Positions 19,647 to 30,119 of a DNA stretch of 64,000 bases are shown piece after piece (within the stretch, counting starts at the first letter, position 1; the number at the start of each line of letters is the position of its first letter). Both the position numbers and the translations under genes were made by a program. A model generated the notes under the pieces. It had not been told where the DNA came from and ran no database searches. It saw only the letters and a list, made by a program, of their open reading frames with translations. Source of the stretch: Bythopirellula sp. (lineage in GTDB: Bacteria; Planctomycetota; Planctomycetia; Pirellulales; Lacipirellulaceae); NCBI GenBank assembly GCA_965216565.1, contig OZ244170.1, positions 576,001-640,000 of the forward strand, given 5' to 3'.

Positions 19647-20129
19647 TTACTCTTGCTCTTCGGAGGTTTCGGATGTGTTATCGGAATTCGCCTCAGAAGC
19701 CGATTCCGCGTCAGCACCTCCGTTGGCAGTCTCGTCGGAGAAGACCTCGTCGATTGGGCCCCCATCGCTATTTTCCCCGTCACCACCTTCTTCGGCAGGG
19801 GCAGTCAAACCAGGGCCCGTGCTAGCGGGCGGTGCGACAGCACCACGTCCACCTGTGTCGAGCCTGCTTTCGCTACTCGGCCCGAGATTAACCGCTGCGA
19901 TACAGAGTACAATCCACACAAACGCTGCCACGATGGTCACGCGGGTAAATACGTCGCCGGCCTTGGCACCAAAAGCGCTGGACCCCCCCATGCCACCGAG
20001 GGCACCTGCCAATCCGCCACCCCGCCCTCGTTGCACAAGGACTAACAGGATCAGGAAGATTGCCACGACAATTAGCAAGAGTTTGACAATCGCTTGTCCA
20101 AGGGCTGCCAACAGAAGGAAATTCACCAC
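19647..20129 (-). CDS. secG: Preprotein translocase subunit SecG with long acidic tail
   Basis: LVLVQRGRGGGLAGALGGMGGSSAFG; downstream of tpiA. Confidence 0.92.
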   Translation of the reverse strand: MVNFLLLAALGQAIVKLLLIVVAIFLILLVLVQRGRGGGLAGALGGMGGSSAFGAKAGDVFTRVTIVAAFVWIVLCIAAVNLGPSSESRLDTGGRGAVAPPASTGPGLTAPAEEGGDGENSDGGPIDEVFSDETANGGADAESASEANSDNTSETSEEQE

Positions 20130-20214
20130 ATTGCTCCGCTTGTTAGGTGATTAGTTGTTTGGTAACTGGCTAGGAGGAAAAAAACTGACTACGCTTGGTT
20201 TACTAACCGAGGAG

Positions 20215-20985
20215 TCAAGCCTGCGCCGCCGCCGTCCCCGCCAAGGCAATGGCAAGGAAATCGTCGGCCTTGAGACTTGCTCCGCCGATGAGTGCCCCAT
20301 CGACGTTTGGCAACGCCAGCAGATCTCCAGCGTTGTCGGGCTTCACACTGCCACCGTACAAGATTCGCACCTTGTCGGCGACTTGGTCATTGTAACGTGT
20401 GGCCAGCAATTTGCGTAGGTCGGCATGGACCTCTTCGGCCTGTTCTGGTGTAGCCACTTTCCCGGTTCCAATGGCCCAGACTGGCTCGTAGGCGATTACG
20501 ATCGAAGCCATGGCTTCTTCCGAGACATCAGCCAGAGAGCCTTCAAATTGAGAGCGGATCACTTCGGCCGTATTTCCAGCTTCGCGCTCTTCCAGCAATT
20601 CGCCCACGCAAACGATCGGCTTGAGTCCTGCAGCTAGGGCTGCCACAGTTTTCTTGTTAATGTCCTCGTCCGTCTCGCCCATCACATGCCGTCGCTCGCT
20701 ATGGCCGAGGATCACGTACGTGGTGCCGATGTCTCGAAGCATTGCTGCGCTCGTCTCACCGGTGAACGCTCCCTTCGCTTCGTGATACATATTCTGGGCC
20801 CCGAGCCCAACGCGGGCATTTCCAAGGGCATCACGAACGGCAGTCAAATAAATCGTCGGGGGACAAACTAACAATTCCACGTCTGCAGCCTCGACGGCAC
20901 GCGTGGCAATCGCCGAAGCTAGCTCAGTAGCCGTTTCGGTTTCAGTGTTCATCTTCCAATTGCCGGCAATTAACGGCGTTCGCAT
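20215..20985 (-). CDS. tpiA: Triosephosphate isomerase
   Basis: [34 protein letters not shown]. Confidence 0.98.
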   Translation of the reverse strand: MRTPLIAGNWKMNTETETATELASAIATRAVEAADVELLVCPPTIYLTAVRDALGNARVGLGAQNMYHEAKGAFTGETSAAMLRDIGTTYVILGHSERRHVMGETDEDINKKTVAALAAGLKPIVCVGELLEEREAGNTAEVIRSQFEGSLADVSEEAMASIVIAYEPVWAIGTGKVATPEQAEEVHADLRKLLATRYNDQVADKVRILYGGSVKPDNAGDLLALPNVDGALIGGASLKADDFLAIALAGTAAAQA

Positions 20986-21063
20986 TTCATTTCTCCAAGA
21001 ACAACATGTATCGGATGGGGCGGCTCTATGTACCCGCCGGGGTGCTCGACTTAGCCCCTCAGT

Positions 21064-22158
21064 TTAGCCAATAACCTCAGCCTGCGCATAGGAGCCAAGT
21101 ATGGTTAGCCGCACAGCCTTTTTCTCCAGAGAGGCCAGAGCCCGACGGGCCCGCAACTCACTGGCATGGCCTTGAAACTCCACAAAGAAAAAGTAGCGGC
21201 CTCGCTGGCCGGGAACGGGAAACGATTCGATCCACGTCATATTTAATCGCTGTCGTTTGAAAATGCCCATCGCATCCGCCAAGGCACCCGGTTTGTGATC
21301 GAGTTCGAAAACGATCGAGGTCTTGTCATTCCCCGTTTTCGTCCCGCTATGGTTGGCGATGACAGCGAACCGGGTGACATTGTCGGGATTGTCTTCGATG
21401 TTGCGGGCTAGAACTTGCAGGCCGTGATTCACTCCTGCCTGCTGACTGGCAATGGCTGCCGACTTGGGTTCGTCAGCAGCACGGCGGGCGGCTTCGCCAG
21501 TGCTAGAAACCTCGCGAAGTTCGACGCCGCCCATACGTTTGCTCAGCCAATTGCGGCACTGGGAGAGTGGCTGTGTCTTGCTATAGATGCGTTCGACCTG
21601 TTCGCGAGAACCAGTCCCGAGTAGGCAGTGATGTATGGCCAACGGTATCTCACCGCAAATTTTCAAAGGTGAGCGCGCTAAACAATCTAACGCATCCGTC
21701 ACGCGTCCATCGGTGGAGTTTTCGATGGGAACAATTCCATATTCCACGTGGCCACTTTCAACCTCGTCGAACACCGCGGCTATGGAAACCACCGGGACGA
21801 AAGTCACGCTTTGGCCAAATTGCTCAACTGCGGCCAGGTGACTGTAAGTGAACTCAGGGCCCAAGAATGCCACATGAGTGGGTCGCGCCGTTGCGCTGCA
21901 GGCGCTGACTATTTCGCGAAAAATTGCTTGCACAGAGTCGGTGGTCAACGGGCCATCATTCTGATTAACGATTCTCTGTAGTGCATCTGGATTGATCCCC
22001 GACCACGAAGACTCACCTGCCTCGCGTTGAGCAGTGAGAGTCGCGCGGTGATTCGCGAGTGCCAGGATCTCTTTGTCAATTTTGTCGATCTGCCGCGTCG
22101 ACGGTTTTCGCATCGGCGCTGTGGACGACTTCTTTTTGTTGGTGCGTTTTTTTGCCAT
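21064..22158 (-). CDS. pheA: Prephenate dehydratase with N-terminal (apparently degenerate) chorismate mutase domain and ACT domain
   Basis: FLGPEFTYS, VPIENST, NVTRF, IESFP. Confidence 0.92.
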   Translation of the reverse strand: MAKKRTNKKKSSTAPMRKPSTRQIDKIDKEILALANHRATLTAQREAGESSWSGINPDALQRIVNQNDGPLTTDSVQAIFREIVSACSATARPTHVAFLGPEFTYSHLAAVEQFGQSVTFVPVVSIAAVFDEVESGHVEYGIVPIENSTDGRVTDALDCLARSPLKICGEIPLAIHHCLLGTGSREQVERIYSKTQPLSQCRNWLSKRMGGVELREVSSTGEAARRAADEPKSAAIASQQAGVNHGLQVLARNIEDNPDNVTRFAVIANHSGTKTGNDKTSIVFELDHKPGALADAMGIFKRQRLNMTWIESFPVPGQRGRYFFFVEFQGHASELRARRALASLEKKAVRLTILGSYAQAEVIG

Positions 22159-22264
22159 AGCTGAGTAGTATGTGGGCCCGGCGCTCTACCGCCAAGACAA
22201 CTTGTCGGAGGTGTTGAGAATGAATTTGGGACCAGGCTGAAGCGAGAGATGCAAGTCAACAGTC

Positions 22265-22376
22265 TGCCAAACTGGCAACGGGCATCTTAGAGACACCGTG
22301 GGCATGTGTGCAGTGCGCTGCCAAAGTGGCAGATTTGGACCCAAAACTGCCATAATATGAAAGTGCCAAAATAGTC
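22265..22376. promoter_or_regulatory. Array of TGCCA-N3-TGGCA palindromes (candidate enhancer/UAS)
   Basis: TGCCAAACTGGCA 22265-22277, TGCCAAAGTGGCA 22319-22331, half-sites TGCCA at 22348 and 22364. Confidence 0.6.
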
Positions 22377-22428
22377 GTAAGTCTTGTTTTGATAGTGACT
22401 TACATAGAATTTGTGAGTTCGATTCGGG

Positions 22429-22444
22429 TGGCACACCCTTTGCT
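22429..22444 (+). promoter_or_regulatory. Sigma-54 (-24/-12) promoter of dnaK-clpB
   Basis: TGGCAC-ACCCT-TTGCT, exact match to the TGGCAC-N5-TTGCW consensus with correct GG/GC spacing. Confidence 0.75.
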
Positions 22445-22595
22445 TCAATCTGTGTTCGACCGTCGAGGTTCCATTTCCGGGGCTTCTGCGAGTCCAACTA
22501 ATTGCAAACCTACATACCCGGCAGCGAGAACTGCCGTTCCAAGGCAGAACAGATAGTCTGCCACCAAATAACTGCACTCAAGAGGAGATCACGCA

Positions 22596-24512
22596 ATGGC
22601 TGCGGGAGAAAAAATTATTGGCATCGATCTGGGCACTACCAACTCGGTAGTGGCTGTGATGGAAGGTAAAGAAGCGAAGGTCATTCCGAACCCGGAAGGA
22701 AACCGCCTCACGCCTAGTGTCGTTGCTTTTACAGATAAAGAAGAAGTCTTAGTTGGCGAACCAGCTCGTCGCCAGGCTGTGACTAATCCTTCGCGAACGG
22801 TTTATTCCATCAAGCGATTCATGGGACGACGTCACAACGAGGTCGCTTCGGAAGAGAAGATGGTTCCCTACGAGGTTGTAGGCGGCCCCGAAGATTACGT
22901 GAAGGTGAAAGTCAATGATCAGGAATTCACCCCGCCAGAAATTTCTGCGAAGACCTTGCGTAAGCTTAAGGAATCGGCGGAAGCCTATTTGGGGCACACA
23001 GTCAACAAGGCCGTAATCACCGTTCCGGCGTATTTCAATGACGCCCAACGTCAAGCAACCAAAGATGCTGGGCAGATTGCTGGGCTTGAAGTCGCGCGCA
23101 TTATCAACGAACCGACCGCTGCGTCTCTCGCTTATGGTTTGGATCGCAAAGCACAAGAAACGATTTGTGTGTTTGACCTTGGTGGCGGTACGTTCGACGT
23201 CTCCATTTTGGAAGTTGCTGATGGTGTATTCCGCGTGATCTCCACCAATGGTGATACTCACTTGGGTGGTGACGACTTTGATGAAGAACTGATTAACTAC
23301 GTCGCCGACGAGTTTAAAAAAGAGCAAGGCATCGACTTGCGTGGCGATCAAATGGCTCTACAGCGTTTGCAGGAAGCTTGCGAGAAGGCCAAGAAAGAGT
23401 TGAGCTCGGCCCAAGCGACCGACATCAACTTGCCGTTCATCACGGCCGACGCTAGTGGTCCAAAGCATTTGCAGATGAACATCACTCGCGCCCAGTTCGA
23501 AAAACTCGTCGACGGTTTAGTCGAACGCGTGAAGGGACCGCTGAAAAAGGCTCTGGAAGATGCCAAGTTGAGCCCTAGCGATATCGACGAAATCGTTCTG
23601 GTTGGCGGCTCAACGCGAATTCCTAAGGTGCAAGAAGCCGTAAAGGAAATCTTCGGCAAAGATCCCCACAAGGGGGTGAATCCTGATGAAGTGGTGGCTA
23701 TTGGGGCCGCGATTCAGGGTGGTGTGCTCTCTGGTGAAGTGCAGGACATCCTATTGTTGGACGTCACACCATTATCACTGGGCATCGAAACCCTTGGGGG
23801 TGTAATGACCAAACTTGTGGAGCGAAACACCACGGTTCCTACGGAGCGCAAGCAGGTGTTTAGCACTGCTGACGACAATCAAACAGCAGTGACCGTCCGC
23901 GTGTTCCAAGGCGAACGCGAAATGTGCGCCGACAACCGCTTGCTCGGTCAGTTCAATCTGGAAGGCATCCCGCCCGCGCCGCGTGGTGTACCACAGATCG
24001 AGGTGAAATTCGACATTGATGCGAATGGTATTCTCAACGTTTCAGCAAAGGACCTCGGCACGGGCACAGAACAATCTGTGCAAATCGAGCAGTCCAGCGG
24101 ACTGAGCGAAGAGGAAATCGATCGCATGCAAAAAGATGCCTCGGAACATGCCGAGGAGGACAAAAAGAAACGTACCCTGATTGAAGCCCGCAACGAAGCG
24201 GAGTCGCGCAGCTATCAACTAGAGAAGTTGATCAAGGAGCAAGGCGACAGTTTGGGCGAGGAGGATAAGTCGTCACTAGAAGCCGCCATCGCGAAAGTAC
24301 GCGAAGCGGCCAAGGGCGAAGATGCCGACGCCATCAAGAGTGCCATCGGCGAATTGGAAACTGCATCGCACGCGATGAGCGAAGCACTCTACAAAAATGC
24401 GGGTGCCGCAGGGGGCGAGGAGACCGCAGCGTCCGGTGCCGCGGGCGATACGTCGTCCGACGAATCCTCCGATGACGACGCAATCGACGCCGAGTTCGAG
24501 GTGAAAAGTTAA
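22596..24512 (+). CDS. dnaK: Molecular chaperone DnaK (Hsp70)
   Basis: [26 protein letters not shown]-terminal DAEFEV. Confidence 0.99.
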   Translation: MAAGEKIIGIDLGTTNSVVAVMEGKEAKVIPNPEGNRLTPSVVAFTDKEEVLVGEPARRQAVTNPSRTVYSIKRFMGRRHNEVASEEKMVPYEVVGGPEDYVKVKVNDQEFTPPEISAKTLRKLKESAEAYLGHTVNKAVITVPAYFNDAQRQATKDAGQIAGLEVARIINEPTAASLAYGLDRKAQETICVFDLGGGTFDVSILEVADGVFRVISTNGDTHLGGDDFDEELINYVADEFKKEQGIDLRGDQMALQRLQEACEKAKKELSSAQATDINLPFITADASGPKHLQMNITRAQFEKLVDGLVERVKGPLKKALEDAKLSPSDIDEIVLVGGSTRIPKVQEAVKEIFGKDPHKGVNPDEVVAIGAAIQGGVLSGEVQDILLLDVTPLSLGIETLGGVMTKLVERNTTVPTERKQVFSTADDNQTAVTVRVFQGEREMCADNRLLGQFNLEGIPPAPRGVPQIEVKFDIDANGILNVSAKDLGTGTEQSVQIEQSSGLSEEEIDRMQKDASEHAEEDKKKRTLIEARNEAESRSYQLEKLIKEQGDSLGEEDKSSLEAAIAKVREAAKGEDADAIKSAIGELETASHAMSEALYKNAGAAGGEETAASGAAGDTSSDESSDDDAIDAEFEVKS

Positions 24513-24518
24513 ACCAAT

Positions 24519-24583
24519 GCTCTCAGCATTCAGCCATCAGCAGTCAGCTCCTGGCTGAACGCTGTGAGCTGACCGCTAGGAGC
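24519..24583 (+). repeat. Heptamer-periodic inverted repeat, (TCAGC-NN)x4 / (GCTGA-NN)x4, overlapping the clpB RBS
   Basis: GCTC TCAGC AT TCAGC CA TCAGC AG TCAGC TCCTG GCTGA AC GCTGT GA GCTGA CC GCTAG GAGC. Confidence 0.7.
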
Positions 24584-24587
24584 TAAC

Positions 24588-27260
24588 ATGGCATTTGGAT
24601 TCGACAAACTGACGATCAAGGCCCAAGAGGCCGTGCAGCGGGGGCAAGAACTTGCCGCCGACGCGGGGAATCCCCAGTTCGAGCCGCTGCATCTGCTCTC
24701 GGCCTTGCTCTCTGAGCCTGAGGGGGTTGTTCGTCCGCTGTTGGATCGGATGGGCGTCAATCAAGCACGGCTTAATGAAATTGTCGAAGCCGAACTGGGC
24801 CACTTCCCAAAGACCAGCGGTGGTGCGCCGCCGCAACCCAGTCAAGAACTGGGCAAAGTATTCGAGGCGGCGCAAGCTCAAGCCGAAACGATGCAGGACG
24901 AGTTTGTCTCAACCGAGCATCTCCTCCTGGCACTCGCCAAAGTTAAGGGTAAGGCGCAAGATACGCTCCAGCTTAATGCCATTGGCGAGCAGAATATTCT
25001 CGACGCCCTGAAAGACGTCCGTGGCAGCGCTCGTGTAACGGATCAAACGCCGGAAGACAAATTTCAGGCCCTGGAAAAGTACGGCATTGATTTGGTAGCC
25101 CGTGCCGAGGCGGACAAGCTCGATCCGGTAATTGGCCGCGATCAGGAAATTCGCCGAGTGATTCAGGTGCTGTCGCGTCGCACGAAGAACAATCCGGTGC
25201 TCATCGGCGAGCCTGGCGTTGGCAAAACGGCAATCGCTGAAGGCCTCGCACTCCGCATAGTGCAGAGCGACGTTCCGCAAAGTTTGAAGAATAAACGTGT
25301 AGTCGCCCTCGATATGGGGGCGTTGATCGCCGGTACAAAATTCCGTGGCGAATTCGAGGAACGACTTAAGGCTGTGCTCCGCGAGGTAGAAGATGCCGGC
25401 GGCGGCGTGATCCTATTCATCGATGAATTGCATACCGTTGTTGGAGCCGGTGCAGCCGAAGGTGGTAGCGATGCGGCTAATCTGCTGAAGCCGGCATTGG
25501 CTCGCGGCGAACTCCGTTGTATCGGTGCGACCACCCTCGACGAATACCGCAAATACATTGAGAAAGATGCGGCCCTGGAACGCCGTTTCCAACCGGTGTT
25601 CGTGGGCGAGCCGAACGTGGAAGACACGATCGCCATTCTACGTGGCCTCAAGTCTCGCTACGAAGCACACCATAAGGGCGTAAAGATCAAAGATTCTGCG
25701 CTCGTTGCCGCGGCAGAACTTTCGCAACGCTACATCACCGATCGGTTTCTGCCCGATAAGGCGATTGATCTGATGGACGAAGCCACCAGCAGATTAGCCA
25801 TGGAATTGGAAAGTGTTCCTGAGGAAATCGACAAAGTTCAGCGCCGATTGATGCAACTTGAGCTAGCCGCACGACAATTGACGGACGAAACCGAAGAGCA
25901 CGCACAACAGCGGTTAGCGGATATTAATGAGGAAATGCAGGAACTGAAACGTGAGCTAGCCGACCTCCGCGAACAGTGGGAGAGTGAAAAGTTGGGAGTG
26001 GGCGATGTAGCGCAAGTGCGGCAGCAGCTCCAAGAGGCAAATCATCACTACGAGCAAATCACCGCCACGGTCAAAGACAAGCAATCCGCAGGTCAGCAAG
26101 TGAGCGAGGAACTGTATCAATCTCTCTATGAATGGGATGTCAAACGCAATCAGCTGAACAAACAACTAGAAGAGCTGGAGACGCGGCAAGTCGAAACGCA
26201 GGATCAGGACGAATCGAAACGTCGTTTACTTCGCCAGGAAGTTGGTCCCGATGAAATCGCCGAGGTCGTCAGTGCTTGGACGGGCGTGCCCATTTCGCGC
26301 ATGCTCGAAACCGAGCGAGCCAAGTTGCTTGTTTTGGAAGAACGTTTACACCAACGGGTCATCGGCCAAGACGAAGCGGTCACGGCAGTGGCAAACGCGG
26401 TTCGCCGTAGCCGCAGTGGGTTGCAAGACCCCAATCGGCCCATTGGTTCGTTTCTCTTCTGTGGTCCTACCGGTGTAGGCAAGACTGAGCTATGCAAAGC
26501 CCTTGCAGAGACATTGTTCGATGACGAGCATGCCATGATTCGGCTCGACATGAGCGAGTTCATGGAGAAACATACCGTAAGTCGGCTCATCGGAGCGCCC
26601 CCCGGTTACGTTGGTTATGAAGAAGGCGGAAAGCTGACGGAAGCCGTGCGCCGACGACCCTATTCAGTCGTCCTGCTTGATGAAATTGAAAAGGCACATC
26701 GCGATGTGTTCAATATTCTGCTTCAAGTTTTAGATGATGGCCGGCTAACGGACAATCATGGTCATACGGTCGACTTTACCAATACGATTGTAGTAATGAC
26801 CTCCAATGTCGGAAGCCAAATGATCCAGCAATTGGCTTCGGAAGGCGGCAGCGAAGAAGAGATTCGTAGCTCGCTAAACGAATCGCTTCGTGCACAATTC
26901 TTGCCGGAGTTTCTCAACCGTATTGACGAAACTATTGTTTTCCATCCGCTCGATCGAGATCAGGTGGCGAAGATCGTCGACCTACAGATCGGGCAGCTTG
27001 AGAAAACTTTGGCACGCCGAGAACTTGGATTGGTCGTCACCCAAGATGCACGCAAGGCAATCGCCGCGGAGGGGTACGATCCGATTTACGGGGCGCGTCC
27101 TGTGAAACGCGTGATTCAACAGTCTCTGCAAAATCCGTTGGCCACGGAACTCCTCAAGGGCGAATACCCAGAGGGTGCCATGGTAGAAATCGATTACGAA
27201 GGCGGTGAGTTCACGTTCCAACGCGTTGAGCAAAGCGAACCGGTCTCAGCTTCGGTTTAG
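24588..27260 (+). CDS. clpB: ATP-dependent chaperone ClpB
   Basis: Clp N-domain, Walker A GEPGVGKT and GPTGVGKT, coiled-coil middle domain, GARPVKR. Confidence 0.96.
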   Translation: MAFGFDKLTIKAQEAVQRGQELAADAGNPQFEPLHLLSALLSEPEGVVRPLLDRMGVNQARLNEIVEAELGHFPKTSGGAPPQPSQELGKVFEAAQAQAETMQDEFVSTEHLLLALAKVKGKAQDTLQLNAIGEQNILDALKDVRGSARVTDQTPEDKFQALEKYGIDLVARAEADKLDPVIGRDQEIRRVIQVLSRRTKNNPVLIGEPGVGKTAIAEGLALRIVQSDVPQSLKNKRVVALDMGALIAGTKFRGEFEERLKAVLREVEDAGGGVILFIDELHTVVGAGAAEGGSDAANLLKPALARGELRCIGATTLDEYRKYIEKDAALERRFQPVFVGEPNVEDTIAILRGLKSRYEAHHKGVKIKDSALVAAAELSQRYITDRFLPDKAIDLMDEATSRLAMELESVPEEIDKVQRRLMQLELAARQLTDETEEHAQQRLADINEEMQELKRELADLREQWESEKLGVGDVAQVRQQLQEANHHYEQITATVKDKQSAGQQVSEELYQSLYEWDVKRNQLNKQLEELETRQVETQDQDESKRRLLRQEVGPDEIAEVVSAWTGVPISRMLETERAKLLVLEERLHQRVIGQDEAVTAVANAVRRSRSGLQDPNRPIGSFLFCGPTGVGKTELCKALAETLFDDEHAMIRLDMSEFMEKHTVSRLIGAPPGYVGYEEGGKLTEAVRRRPYSVVLLDEIEKAHRDVFNILLQVLDDGRLTDNHGHTVDFTNTIVVMTSNVGSQMIQQLASEGGSEEEIRSSLNESLRAQFLPEFLNRIDETIVFHPLDRDQVAKIVDLQIGQLEKTLARRELGLVVTQDARKAIAAEGYDPIYGARPVKRVIQQSLQNPLATELLKGEYPEGAMVEIDYEGGEFTFQRVEQSEPVSASV

Positions 27261-27265
27261 ATTGA

Positions 27266-27295
27266 TTGAAGGAACCTTCAAGGCCATTCCTTCAA
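27266..27295. terminator. Inverted repeat between convergent genes (possible terminator)
   Basis: TTGAAGGAA-N12-TTCCTTCAA just after the clpB stop; no clear U-tract. Confidence 0.35.
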
Positions 27296-27331
27296 GGGCA
27301 ATTGGCTACGTTTAAACATAGTAGCTAAGAG

Positions 27332-27523
27332 CTACCTGTCCGACTCGACCAGTTCCCACCGCTTGATGAGTTCTTCGGCACCCGGAGTCATCTCGCGCAA
27401 CTTTCGTGCGATTTCGATTTTCTCGCTAGGCGTGGCTTTCGCTAGACGCTTGCGAAAATGCTCTAGCTTCTCTCGACGCTTGCGACGGCGTCCCAACTCT
27501 TTCTGACGTTCACTTTTTCCCAC
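27332..27523 (-). CDS. Small basic hypothetical protein
   Basis: 63 aa, ERQKELGRRRKRREKL...IARKLREMTPGA; GGGAGA RBS upstream of the GTG. Confidence 0.65.
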   Translation of the reverse strand: MGKSERQKELGRRRKRREKLEHFRKRLAKATPSEKIEIARKLREMTPGAEELIKRWELVESDR

Positions 27524-27764
27524 GGGTTCTCCCTAAGTCATCAATGAAGTTTGCGATCGCAAACTGCGGTCCGGATAAATAGTTTCAAGTCTTGTTTTGT
27601 AGCGTAATAACTGGGGATCGTCAACGCGGTGAGTTTCTCGCAACGGGGCTTTAGCCGGTGACACCGAGCAGCGATATAGGCTACAATTTCCGACTGAATC
27701 GAATCGAGGTCGCGAGTCACAAAAACCGCAAAAGGTTTAGTTTCGCAAGTAATCGATGAGCATC

Positions 27765-27849
27765 GGTCGGGTGGCAGAGTGGTCGAATGCACCGGTCTTG
27801 AAAACCGGCGATGGGCAACCATCCGGGGGTTCGAATCCCTCCCCGACCG
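27765..27849 (+). tRNA. tRNA-Ser (anticodon UGA)
   Basis: Acceptor GGTCGGG/CCCGACC+G, anticodon arm CCGGT-CTTGAAA-ACCGG, long variable arm, GGTTCGAATCC T-loop; CCA not encoded. Confidence 0.96.
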
Positions 27850-28010
27850 CTCATTGGCCGCTGGCGACTAACGTAGTGCTAATTTCTTCTAGCTCCGATT
27901 CGTTGATAACAGTATCGTCGCATTGCACTCGGCCGAACTGCACTCGATAGCGGTGGCTGCTCGAATGTTCCGCTATAAAACTCAAACTCTCAAGAACGAA
28001 ACGGACAAGC

Positions 28011-28454
28011 TTACAGTTGGTAGAGGTCTTGTAGCTTGGGAAATCCACAGCGTCCAGAACTACGCCTTATCGATAGAAGTTCGCCAATGGTGCGGCTACC
28101 TAAGAGCTCTTCGATTTTGGCCATAGCGGCGTCGAGTTCAGAATGGAACGGACACAGTTTAGTATGCCCGGCCAAGCCCAGTGGGCAACTGCGAATACGT
28201 TGGATGGGATCGACAGCGTTCAGCACATCAAGAATAGTCAGGTTGTTTGGATCTACCGTGAGAAATACTCCGCCGCCAGTGCCACGTTGTGAACCAACTA
28301 GCTCATTATCGCGGAGCTTATCAATCACCTTTCGTAGATAGGGTGCGTTGACTCGGATCTCTCGCGACATTTCCGGGATCGTGCTCATGCTCTCCGGACA
28401 ATTTGCCAGATGGGCGACAGCACGCAACGCATACTCGGCAGTTTGTGAAAACAG
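28011..28454 (-). CDS. Rrf2-family transcriptional regulator (probable CTG start)
   Basis: In-frame extension (M)FSQTAEYALRAVAHLA, wing SQRGTGGG, CPLG...H..LCPFH cluster-type motif. Confidence 0.88.
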   Translation of the reverse strand: MFSQTAEYALRAVAHLANCPESMSTIPEMSREIRVNAPYLRKVIDKLRDNELVGSQRGTGGGVFLTVDPNNLTILDVLNAVDPIQRIRSCPLGLAGHTKLCPFHSELDAAMAKIEELLGSRTIGELLSIRRSSGRCGFPKLQDLYQL

Positions 28455-28678
28455 TGGACACCTCTAATCTAAGTTAGAACACAGCATCTCTAATGACTAT
28501 AGCCAAGACACCAGCGATATTAGCCATAGGGGCAAACAATGTTGATTGTAGGCCATAGCTCAACTGTGGTCCACAAAGCTCGTAGCCGCTGGCATGAGGT
28601 CTACATGAGAAAGATCCCTTCAAAGATTGTTTGCCGACTGCAAATTGCTCAATTACATGATGCGTTACTATCCCTTGT

Positions 28679-30082
28679 TTAGAAATTTAATTCCCACTGG
28701 GTATAGAAAAAGTCTGCATCAGTCGGTGCAAGAATTTTGTTTCCTCGCCAGAAGTGTGACCAGCCAAATAGTACGTTGGATCGTGGGCCTATCTGATACT
28801 TGGCTATGATATCCAACTCGTCACCTAAATCCTTGCTTGTGATACTCTGTACCGGGGTGCCACCAATGGCAGGCACTACGTCTGAATCTTGATTGGCCAT
28901 TAGGTGCCAATACCAAAACAACAAATTTAGTTTCTCGGTAGGTTTCATGGTTAGTAGCACATTAGGTGATTCAACATTCGAGCGTTGTACTGCGTCGATA
29001 AAACCAAAGTACTTGTGAGCGAGTGGGAAGAGTTGATTGAAACGATTGAAATCGCCACCGATGTTGTTTCCTGAGGCATAGTCATAGTAGAACCACACCG
29101 TAGGCGACCAGGGGAGCATTGCGCTCATCTGCCGGCCAAGACCACACGTGCAGAAGGCCGCTTCGTGGTCGAGACCCAATCCGCTCTGTCGACCAAACTG
29201 AGGTCCACCTTCGAATTCGAATAGCCAATCGTCTAGGCCGCCGTTGATTCGCAGGCCCACCGTATGAAGAGAAAAGTCACCTGATCCTGGTACGGCTCCG
29301 GTAGGATTTTCGTTGTCGTAGCCGATATAGTACGTTTCAATCGAGAAATTCTCGAAGCCATTGTAAGTTGCATAACACCCATAAAAAGGTTGATCGTAGT
29401 CAGCTTCATCTAGATCATTAGGAACGACGGGAACCAGGTGCGTATAGAAGGCGTCAAGAGTCCAGTCTCCAAAGTTCGTCATTACCTTCACACCTTCAAA
29501 AGTCCGACGGACGTTGGCCCAGTCGAGAGGTGAGATAAGACGTTGATTTCCGTAAAGTAATTCTTGGCGTCCGATACGTGCCGACAGAGAATCAGTCAGC
29601 TTTAGTTCGGCAAACAGATTTAGGAAATCGCCGTAGTTGCGGTCAATTGCTCGCGGGGTATAGTTTCCACCATCATCTGATGCTTCAGCCAATATCGCTT
29701 CGGTATAGAACCGCAAACGTTCATTCACTTTCCAATTGCTATACAATCTCAGTCGCGTCAGGACGAAGTCTGTCTCGGTAGGCTGAAAACGTCCGAGTCC
29801 TTGCGATTGTCCCATCCCGCGTTCGTGATGATAGCGCGTGCGGAGCTGACCGCCCAGGTCAAGCGTTCCGTATTCGCCACCTGCCACTGGCATCAGCTTA
29901 AGGCAATCACCAAGGCAACTATCTTGATGAGAGTTGCTCTCGACATAACTGAAGTCATTGTTGAAATACAGTCCCTTGTGTGATGCCGCGCAAGGATTCG
30001 GCTGTGATGAGAACGCTATGTTGGATTCGTTCCAAGTGAATATGATTCCCACCATCAATGCTACGTAAAAAAGTCTTGACAT
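28679..30082 (-). CDS. Alginate-export-family outer-membrane beta-barrel porin
   Basis: Signal peptide, RIGRQELLYGNQRLISPLDWANVRRTFEG, FNQLFPLAHKYFG, C-terminal Phe. Confidence 0.82.
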   Translation of the reverse strand: MSRLFYVALMVGIIFTWNESNIAFSSQPNPCAASHKGLYFNNDFSYVESNSHQDSCLGDCLKLMPVAGGEYGTLDLGGQLRTRYHHERGMGQSQGLGRFQPTETDFVLTRLRLYSNWKVNERLRFYTEAILAEASDDGGNYTPRAIDRNYGDFLNLFAELKLTDSLSARIGRQELLYGNQRLISPLDWANVRRTFEGVKVMTNFGDWTLDAFYTHLVPVVPNDLDEADYDQPFYGCYATYNGFENFSIETYYIGYDNENPTGAVPGSGDFSLHTVGLRINGGLDDWLFEFEGGPQFGRQSGLGLDHEAAFCTCGLGRQMSAMLPWSPTVWFYYDYASGNNIGGDFNRFNQLFPLAHKYFGFIDAVQRSNVESPNVLLTMKPTEKLNLLFWYWHLMANQDSDVVPAIGGTPVQSITSKDLGDELDIIAKYQIGPRSNVLFGWSHFWRGNKILAPTDADFFYTQWELNF

Positions 30083-30097
30083 CGCCGACTCCGCTGA

Positions 30098-30119
30098 AAC
30101 AGAACCTCAAGGTACGCTT
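30098..30119 (-). promoter_or_regulatory. Operator-like 22-mer, copy 1 (upstream of porin)
   Basis: Minus strand AAGCGTA-CCTTGAGG-TTCTGTT. Confidence 0.55.

Noticed and set aside
22159..22595. CIRCE (HrcA) operator upstream of dnaK
   Set aside because: TTAGCACTC-N9-GAGTGCTAA is not present.
27765..27849. Possible selenocysteine or suppressor tRNA (long variable arm, TGA in the loop)
   Set aside because: The anticodon is UGA, which reads the Ser codon UCA. tRNA-Sec needs anticodon UCA and a longer acceptor stem; this one has the normal 7 bp.
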